In this document: piece after piece, positions 31,078 to 37,743 of the stretch | Position numbering within the stretch: the stretch's first letter is position 1 | Layout: each line of letters starts with the position of its first letter | NCBI GenBank assembly: GCA_017620395.1 | Contig: JAFZQJ010000034.1 | Location: 1,395-65,394, forward strand | DNA: 64,000 bases | From: Clostridia bacterium | GTDB taxonomy: Bacteria > Bacillota > Clostridia > Oscillospirales > RGIG8002 | Direction of reading: 5' to 3' | Notes under the pieces: generated by a model | Told to the model about the DNA's origin: nothing | The model's database searches: none | What the model saw: the letters and a program-made list of their open reading frames with translations, nothing else | Translations under genes and position numbers: made by a program

Positions 31078-31211
31078 GTCATCCTGATCGGCGGCAAAGC
31101 CGTATTTGTACGGGCGATCTGATCGCCCGTCATTCCGAGCGTATGTGAGGAATCCCCCAAGTGCCGCAGCACGTTTGTCATCCTGAGCGAGCGAAGCGAG
31201 TCGAAGGATCC
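31078..31211. repeat. Three direct copies of a REP-like unit (gtcat[ct]c[ct]ga..g(g)a(a/t)tcc)
   Basis: The units start at 31078, 31129 and 31177. A related inverted pair lies at 37878-37964. Confidence 0.75.
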
Positions 31212-31234
31212 TGAAGGTAACGGTACTGAAAAAG

Positions 31235-31298
31235 AAAAAGTGTGTATTCGGAACAGGAACCTCCGTCCAAACCCGTTTTTTCCGAATATACACTTTTT
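31235..31298. repeat. 19-bp inverted repeat (1 mismatch) with a 26-nt spacer, overlapping the sigma-gene promoter -35
   Basis: AAAAAGTGTGTATTCGGAA ... TTCCGAATATACACTTTTT. Confidence 0.7.
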
Positions 31299-31315
31299 AT
31301 TATTTATGTTATAAT
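31287..31315 (+). promoter_or_regulatory. Putative promoter of the sigma/anti-sigma/dockerin operon
   Basis: TATACA-17 nt-TATAAT with TG at -15/-14 (TGtTATAAT), about 70-80 nt upstream of the sigma start. Confidence 0.4.
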
Positions 31316-31383
31316 GAAGAAAACCCGTGACCGACGGCGCGAAAATGCGTCTATTGGTATGAAAGGCCTTTTTACAAAGGGGA

Positions 31384-31953
31384 ATGGAGTGCGGCGTGAA
31401 CGACGAAAGAATAGTCGCATTGTTCTGGAACAGGGACGAAAGCGCGCTTGCCGAAACGGAAAAGCGCTACGGCGACTACTGCCTTTATATCGCCGAAAAC
31501 GTGCTCCGCAACGCGCGCGACGCGGAGGAGTGCGTCAACGACGCGCTGCTCGCCGCCTGGAACTCCATCCCGCCGAACAGACCGGATAACTTCAGAGTCT
31601 ATCTCGGCGCGCTCGTGCGCAACGCCGCGCTCGACGTCTGGCGGCGCGGGAACGCAAAAAAGCGCAAAGCCGCGTCCGTCGCTTCGCTCGAAGAGCTCGG
31701 CGAGCTTGCCTCCGCCTTCGACGTGGAAGACGCCGTCGGCGCCAAAGAGCTCTCGCGCCTGATCTCCGATTACCTGACGACGCTTGACGAAACGGAGCGA
31801 AAAGTCTTCGTCCGCCGCTATTGGTGCTATGAGCCGATCGAGGCGATATGCGCGCGTTACGGCTTCGGCAAAAGCAAGGTCAAAATGATGCTCAAACGCA
31901 CGAGGGACGGCCTCGCCGCGTATCTGAAAAAGGAAGGTCACTATGAATATTGA
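31384..31953 (+). CDS. RNA polymerase sigma factor, sigma-70 family (ECF-like, regions 2 and 4)
   Basis: About 185 aa with ..FWNRDESALAETEKRYG..DAEECVNDALLAAW.. and a C-terminal HTH. GTG 31396 (GGAG 6 nt upstream) may be the real start. Confidence 0.85.
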   Translation: MECGVNDERIVALFWNRDESALAETEKRYGDYCLYIAENVLRNARDAEECVNDALLAAWNSIPPNRPDNFRVYLGALVRNAALDVWRRGNAKKRKAASVASLEELGELASAFDVEDAVGAKELSRLISDYLTTLDETERKVFVRRYWCYEPIEAICARYGFGKSKVKMMLKRTRDGLAAYLKKEGHYEY

Positions 31954-33121
31954 TATATTGAATGAAGCTATCGGAGGGATCGACGCTTACATCGTCGAAG
32001 AGGCGCTCGCCGACGGAGAAAAGAAGCCGAAGGTGACCGCCTTCGCGCAGCGTCCGTGGATGAAATGGGCGGCTGCGGCGGTCGCGATAGTCGTCATCGC
32101 CGCCGGAACGCCGCTCGCGCTGAAAGCGATCGGCTCCTTCCGCAACGAAAACTTCGTCGCCCCGAACGGCAGCGGGAACGGCAACCCCGGCGCGGTTGCT
32201 CCCGTCGACAGCGGCGAGCCGGAAAGCAGCAGCGAGCCGGATAGCAGCTCCGCGCCGGAAAGTGAAAACAACGCCTCGTCTGAACAAAGCGGCGAAAGCC
32301 GCTCCCGCGGCAGCGAGCAGCAAACCCCGCCCGCCTCGGATCCGCCCGAAACGAGCTCGCCCGAGCCAGACTCCTCCTCATTTGATATCGAAGTCGGCTC
32401 CGGCAGCATCGGCGGCCCGCTGAGCATCGGCGGCAGCCATTTCGGCGGCAACTTTCACAAAAAGAATATGCCCGCGGTCACGTATCGGATAAACGGCGAA
32501 TCACAATCCTTCGATTATGACCACTCGGCATGGATAATGATCGACGCGGAATCCGACCTTGACGGCAACGAGGGCGTATATATCATAGATTATTACTCCG
32601 GCAAAGACGGCAGCAGCGCAGTCGCGTATGACGGTTCCGAAGAGCTGATGGAATACACCGGCCGCTATAACGACTACGGCTCCGGCGATGAGATCTCCGA
32701 AGTAGCAGCCACGGAAGCTGCAAAAAACGTGCTGCTTAACACCGATCTCCCGTTCGCTGCGCTCGAAAACCTGCAGATCTCGAAATCGGAATCCGGCAAA
32801 AACTATCACAGGATCGTGGCTTCCTTCACCGGCGGCGAAGTCGAGATTCTTCTCAACAAAGACGGCAGCCTGAAGCACTTCATCGTCAACAGAGACGCCT
32901 CCGTCTGGCTGACGCCGGAGAGGATAGCGGCGGGCAGGGAAAAGCTCGACGCGAAGATTGACGCGTTGAGCGCCGAGCGGCCGAACGAGCGCTTCGTCGC
33001 TACCGGCGTCGAGGTATATCAAAAGCTCGCGAATAAGATATACGCGATCTACGAAGTGATCCAGTATCCGTATCAAGGCTCGGATTTCCAAAAACGGTTA
33101 AGATTCTACTGCGTCGTATAA
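31943..33121 (+). CDS. Putative anti-sigma factor: short cytoplasmic N-terminus, one TM, acidic Ser/Pro-rich linker, about 240-aa ectodomain
   Basis: Overlaps the sigma gene by 11 nt. The N-terminus (..IDAYIVEEA..) and TM helix (WMKWAAAAVAIVVIAAG) are typical of partners of this sigma family. A PepSY-like stretch lies in the ectodomain. Confidence 0.65.
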   Translation: MNIDILNEAIGGIDAYIVEEALADGEKKPKVTAFAQRPWMKWAAAAVAIVVIAAGTPLALKAIGSFRNENFVAPNGSGNGNPGAVAPVDSGEPESSSEPDSSSAPESENNASSEQSGESRSRGSEQQTPPASDPPETSSPEPDSSSFDIEVGSGSIGGPLSIGGSHFGGNFHKKNMPAVTYRINGESQSFDYDHSAWIMIDAESDLDGNEGVYIIDYYSGKDGSSAVAYDGSEELMEYTGRYNDYGSGDEISEVAATEAAKNVLLNTDLPFAALENLQISKSESGKNYHRIVASFTGGEVEILLNKDGSLKHFIVNRDASVWLTPERIAAGREKLDAKIDALSAERPNERFVATGVEVYQKLANKIYAIYEVIQYPYQGSDFQKRLRFYCVV

Positions 33122-33173
33122 CGCCGCTTTTCGGATAACGCTTGACAAATCAGAGGGGGAGGAAATAATAACA

Positions 33174-34220
33174 ATGAAAAACCTCACGAAAAAACTGCTC
33201 GCGGCGCTTCTGACGCTGCTGATGGTCGCTGCACTGATGCCGGTGACGGCTTCGGCGGATCAGAACGCGATCATCATCGTCGAGCTGAACGAGCCGTATT
33301 ACGGTGAAAACCTCAACGAGATACTTCCCGAGATCAAAATGGAGGTGTCGTATCCCTTCATCGACGGCTACGCGTTCGTCGTCTATTACGCCCACACCTC
33401 GGATGAGGACGCCTACGCCGCCGCTGAGGCTTTGGCGACGAACTCTCGCGTCAAGAGCGCGACCTACTGCCCCGGTAACCCGACCGAAAACACCTCCCGC
33501 GTCAGGTTCCATATCACGATCTCGGAGGATTATTTCGGCGAGGATTATTACACGCCGATAACTTCGGTCGAGCTGGGGAAGCTTTTCCCGAACAGGGTTA
33601 TCAAGCGTGCCCGCAAATGGGGTTTCCGCAATTTCGATATTTTCTTCGATATCGGCTCGTCGGAAGACTGGTACGAAATCTATGACGAGTTAAAATCCAA
33701 CCCGTTCATTCTGTCGTTCCACACCTTCGACATGGGCGGTTCCGGCAAAGCCGTTACGATCGGCACTCTCGCGGTGACGACGAAGGCGGAGCATACCGAA
33801 AATGAGATCATCGGCCTGTATGCGGACTTGGGAGCATATGAAGTTGTCGAATCATACTCCGCGCATTATTTCAAGTTCAACATTCGTGACAGATCGCTCA
33901 GAGGAACGCTCGAGGCGGTCAAAGCGCTGAAGAACGATCCCGACGTCGCAAACGTCGTATGGACAGATACGATTGGCTTTCCGACCGTAATGCCGAAGGA
34001 GCTTGAAGAAGCCGACTTCCTTGCGCCGGAACGCCCGGAGGCGACGGTGGAGACCGCCCTCGGCGCGTTAAGGATAGCCGCGAAGCTCGGTGAAGCGAAA
34101 AACGGCGTTTACGATTACAAGCTCGCCGACGCGATCTGGCAGTTCGACTGCGACGGCGACAAGGCGATCACCGTTTCCGACGCGCTTATCCTCCTTCGCA
34201 AAGCCGCGAAGCTTGCGTAA
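33174..34220 (+). CDS. Secreted protein with three tandem ~80-aa repeats and a C-terminal dockerin-like module
   Basis: Has a signal peptide (..PVTASADQ) and ends DCDGDKAITVSDALILLRKAAKLA-stop. The first F-hand is degenerate. Confidence 0.75.
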   Translation: MKNLTKKLLAALLTLLMVAALMPVTASADQNAIIIVELNEPYYGENLNEILPEIKMEVSYPFIDGYAFVVYYAHTSDEDAYAAAEALATNSRVKSATYCPGNPTENTSRVRFHITISEDYFGEDYYTPITSVELGKLFPNRVIKRARKWGFRNFDIFFDIGSSEDWYEIYDELKSNPFILSFHTFDMGGSGKAVTIGTLAVTTKAEHTENEIIGLYADLGAYEVVESYSAHYFKFNIRDRSLRGTLEAVKALKNDPDVANVVWTDTIGFPTVMPKELEEADFLAPERPEATVETALGALRIAAKLGEAKNGVYDYKLADAIWQFDCDGDKAITVSDALILLRKAAKLA

Positions 34221-34287
34221 TACTCCATACCTTAATCCACGGTAATTCAGATTATCAATACCCGATTAACAATAAGGAGGAACTATT

Positions 34288-35886
34288 ATGAAAAAACTTA
34301 CCAAAATCATTTCCGCAATGCTGACGGCGGTAATGCTGTTCAGTCTGTTCGCGGTGCCTGCCGCCGCGTACGCGGACGGCGGCGTCTGCGGCGAAAATCT
34401 CACGTGGACGCTTGAAAACGGCGTCCTCACCATCAGCGGCGCGGGTCCTATGGAGAACTACCTGAAGTACAACGCGCATGACACGTACTCCGTAGAGCGC
34501 CCCGATCTGGACCGCCTTGCGCCGTGGGGAACGGATATCAAAAACGTCATTATCGAGGACGGCGTAACGACTATCGGCGACTTTGCGTTCTATAACTGCA
34601 AGCAGATAGAGAGCATAGAGATCCCCGCGAGCGTCAAGGTCATAGGCAAGAGCGCGTTTGCGGACGCGGTCCTGCAGACGCTCGTACTGCCGGAAGGCGT
34701 TGAAGAAGTGAAAGAATACGCGTTTTTCGACTGTGATCTCAAGAGCAACGATTTCCGTATGCCCGACAGTCTCAGGATAATAGGCGAAAAAGCTTTTCAG
34801 TGCTATATGGGTATGATTGAGATCGGCGAGGGCGTTGTGGATATAGGCAAGGAAGCTTTCGGCAACAACGTGGTAATGAATATCCCTGAGAGCGTACAGC
34901 ATATCGGCAAAGACGCGTTCAAGATAACTTCTTTCTACAAAGACGAGAGCAACTGGAGAATGGACGCGCTCTATATCGGCAAGTGGCTGATAAAGGTCAA
35001 GGAGAATACCAAACTCGAGTTCTTCGTCGTCAAACGCGGCACGGAGCACATCGCGGATTATGCTTTTGAAAATTGCAAGTCGCTGAAAGACGACATAATA
35101 CTTCCGAAGAGCTTGAAGTCCATAGGAAGAAGCGCGTTCCAGGCCTGCAACAATCTCGAAGCGCTCGACATACCGGAAGGAGTGACGGATATCGGCCCCG
35201 GCGCGTTTTCCGGCTGCAAGGGCCTGACCGAGCTCAAACTTCCTGAGTCGATAACCGAGATAGGCGATCAAATGTTATCCGGCTTGAGCTTTGAGCAATT
35301 CGAGATTTCGGATAACGTGGAACGTATAGGCGAAGGCGCTTTCCTGAGTTGTATGCAGCTTAAATCGATCACGATCCCGTCAGGCGTGAAAAGAATAGAG
35401 CCGTGGACGTTTATGAGCTGCACGTCGCTCGAGGAAGTGAACCTCCCCGAAGGCCTTGAAAGCATCGGCGATTTCGCTTTCCTGGCCTGTGCCTCTCTGC
35501 GCAGGATCGTTATTCCCAGAAGCGTGACGAGCATCGGCATCGGTCTTTTCTATTTCAACGTGCCGACGCCCACGGATATAGTTATGGCGGTATACGAGGG
35601 CTCGTATGCGCAGACCTACGCCGAAGAAAACGGCATAGCTTATGAGATAATCGGCGAAGAAAAACCGATAGACGAGAATAACGGGGAACTTGTCGGCGAT
35701 ATGGACGGCGACGGTGAGATCACCGTTTCCGACGCGCTACGCGCGCTGCGTATCGCCGCGAAGCTTGAGGCCCCCGTTGCGGCGAAGGGCACGAGAAGCG
35801 CGCTCCTCGGCGACGTTGACGGCGACGGAGCCGTTACGGTCGCGGACGCACTTGCGATCCTCCGCAAAGCCGCGAAGCTTGCGTAA
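34288..35886 (+). CDS. Secreted BspA-type leucine-rich-repeat protein with C-terminal dockerin
   Basis: Has a signal peptide and repeated ..IP.SV..IG..AF..C..L motifs (LRR_5-like). Two F-hand segments, GDMDGDGEITVSDALRALRIAAKL and GDVDGDGAVTVADALAILRKAAKLA-stop, span nt 35695-35883. Confidence 0.85.
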   Translation: MKKLTKIISAMLTAVMLFSLFAVPAAAYADGGVCGENLTWTLENGVLTISGAGPMENYLKYNAHDTYSVERPDLDRLAPWGTDIKNVIIEDGVTTIGDFAFYNCKQIESIEIPASVKVIGKSAFADAVLQTLVLPEGVEEVKEYAFFDCDLKSNDFRMPDSLRIIGEKAFQCYMGMIEIGEGVVDIGKEAFGNNVVMNIPESVQHIGKDAFKITSFYKDESNWRMDALYIGKWLIKVKENTKLEFFVVKRGTEHIADYAFENCKSLKDDIILPKSLKSIGRSAFQACNNLEALDIPEGVTDIGPGAFSGCKGLTELKLPESITEIGDQMLSGLSFEQFEISDNVERIGEGAFLSCMQLKSITIPSGVKRIEPWTFMSCTSLEEVNLPEGLESIGDFAFLACASLRRIVIPRSVTSIGIGLFYFNVPTPTDIVMAVYEGSYAQTYAEENGIAYEIIGEEKPIDENNGELVGDMDGDGEITVSDALRALRIAAKLEAPVAAKGTRSALLGDVDGDGAVTVADALAILRKAAKLA

Positions 35887-35934
35887 CAATCCATATGTTT
35901 GAATTGAACAGGGAGGGGCAAAGGAGGAGTTACA

Positions 35935-36768
35935 ATGAAAAGAGTTGGCAAAACTATTGCGCTATTTTTGGTGTTGGCCATTTTAGCAGGGGCGGTATCT
36001 TTCGTAAGTTTTGCGCAGAAGGACTCAGACGATGTGTATTATCCTGATGATTATCCGTGGCTTACGCTCGGGGAAGTATCAAAAACCGCAACTGACGTTA
36101 TTCGTCTTCGTGTCGGTGAAACGTGTGAAATAGCAATAATAAACCTTGAAGCCGGCATAATGGATTTCGGTGGGACGACTTTAGCGCAGTATTGGCTTGG
36201 AGAAAAAACAGACGGAAACAGGATCAATATGTTTACTCTATGGAGAGTGAAGGATTCTTCTATTATCGATTTTACAGAAGAATACAAATCGGCGCATCCG
36301 TCGGAATATGAAACCCTTCCTATGCTGGAGCAAGATGCGCGATATCTCGAGCGATATGATATGTGTGCTGGCTTTATACCATATCTCAAGTACGCCTTTA
36401 CGGAATCGGATATAGATGAATCTGGTTATGAATATGGCGATATTGAGAATGGTAACTGGGGACAGCGCAGAGCCGTTATAGTCGGCAAAAAAGCAGGAAC
36501 AACGACTATTGAAGTTGCGAAAGGCGGATGGGGAATAACATGTCCGGCAAGAGGGACGCTTACGGTGATTTGCTATGATGAAACTGTTGGCGACGTTGAC
36601 GGCGATGGGGAAGTCACTGTAGCAGACGCGCTTTCCGTGTTGCGCGTAGCAGCGAAGCTTGCGCCGCAGACGAAGAGCACCGGTTCAGTTTTCGATTTCG
36701 ACGGCGACGGAGCCGTCACAGTCGCGGACGCGCTTGCGATACTGCGCGTCGCCGCGAAGCTTGCGTAA
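35935..36768 (+). CDS. Secreted protein (AT-rich body, Ig-like patches) with C-terminal dockerin
   Basis: Has a signal peptide. The dockerin spans nt 36589-36765 (GDVDGDGEVTVADALSVLRVAAKLA .. FDFDGDGAVTVADALAILRVAAKLA-stop). Confidence 0.75.
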   Translation: MKRVGKTIALFLVLAILAGAVSFVSFAQKDSDDVYYPDDYPWLTLGEVSKTATDVIRLRVGETCEIAIINLEAGIMDFGGTTLAQYWLGEKTDGNRINMFTLWRVKDSSIIDFTEEYKSAHPSEYETLPMLEQDARYLERYDMCAGFIPYLKYAFTESDIDESGYEYGDIENGNWGQRRAVIVGKKAGTTTIEVAKGGWGITCPARGTLTVICYDETVGDVDGDGEVTVADALSVLRVAAKLAPQTKSTGSVFDFDGDGAVTVADALAILRVAAKLA

Positions 36769-36807
36769 GTGAGTTCGGTTTCCTCTTAATAACGCAGAAG
36801 TAATGCG

Positions 36808-36839
36808 GAAGCCGCCGCGTCGGAAGACGCGGCGGCTTC
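36808..36839. terminator. GC-rich 14-bp hairpin between convergent genes (probable terminator; weak T-tracts)
   Basis: GAAGCCGCCGCGTC-ggaa-GACGCGGCGGCTTC. Confidence 0.55.
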
Positions 36840-36857
36840 ATATATTCCGTTTTTATA

Positions 36858-37562
36858 TCACGCGTTGACTCTTCCGCGCCTCTCGCGGTACTGCTTCGGG
36901 GTCACGCCGACGGCCTTGTGAAACACCTTCGTGAAATAGCTCTGGTCGTCGAAGCCGCACGCGCCCGCGATATCCACTATGCGAACGGTATTGTCGAGCA
37001 GCAGCTGTTTGCTTCGCTCGATCCGCACCTCGCGCACGTAGTCGGTCAAACTCATGCCGATCTCCTCCTTAAAGACGGTGGAGATATACGACCGCGAGAG
37101 GAAGACCTTTTTCGCCACGTCGTCCAGCGATATTTTTTTCGCGTAGTTGGCGTTGACGTATTCCGTTATTTTATAAACGGCGGTCGAGTGCCTTATCCGC
37201 GGCAGGTCGAAGGAGTAGTCGATGAACCTGTGCAGCACCCCCGTGACCCACTCGTTCATATCCTCGAAGGAGGTGAAGCGGTCTATGTCGCCGAGATACT
37301 TCGTGTTCAGCGCCATGACCTCGCGCATGTCCGCGCCGGAGTCTATGACCGCGCGGGAGAGCACGACCACCAGCTCTATCATCCGCGCCCTTATCTCCGC
37401 GAGGTCGAAGTCGTTGGAAAAGTATATGTGTCCGATCAGCTCGTTCAGCGCGTTCTGCGCGCCGAGCTTGTCGTGAGTGAGTATCATCGAGCGCAGCGCC
37501 TTTTCCTTTTCGATGGGGTAGTCGACGGCGTATCCGCCGCCGGCGTGCGGAGCTTCACGCAT
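36858..37562 (-). CDS. AraC-family transcriptional regulator
   Basis: 234 aa starting at ATG 37562 (GAGGAGG SD). Has a C-terminal double HTH (..LDDVAKKVFLSRSYISTVFK.., ..IAGACGFDDQSYFTKVFHK..). The track's 80-codon N-terminal extension is rejected. Confidence 0.85.
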   Translation of the reverse strand: MREAPHAGGGYAVDYPIEKEKALRSMILTHDKLGAQNALNELIGHIYFSNDFDLAEIRARMIELVVVLSRAVIDSGADMREVMALNTKYLGDIDRFTSFEDMNEWVTGVLHRFIDYSFDLPRIRHSTAVYKITEYVNANYAKKISLDDVAKKVFLSRSYISTVFKEEIGMSLTDYVREVRIERSKQLLLDNTVRIVDIAGACGFDDQSYFTKVFHKAVGVTPKQYRERRGRVNA

Positions 37563-37743
37563 TTTTCCGCCTCCTCTCGTGATTTTTGTAATTATATCAG
37601 ATTTTTTGGAAAATTTCAAGGTGCGGGAGGTAAAAAGGCGTTCGTCGGATATTTCATATAATATGATATATTTATGTTGCAAACGGCCGCGGCGTATGTT
37701 ATAATCGGCTTGTATAATCGCCGTTGCGGCGTGGAGGAACGCT

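Noticed and set aside
31254-31280. An ECF-type autoregulated promoter (GGAAC ... CGT) was considered inside the loop of the 31235-31298 inverted repeat.
   Set aside because: The spacing between GGAAC and the nearest CGT is about 13 nt rather than the 16-17 nt typical of ECF promoters. The match is too short to be meaningful.
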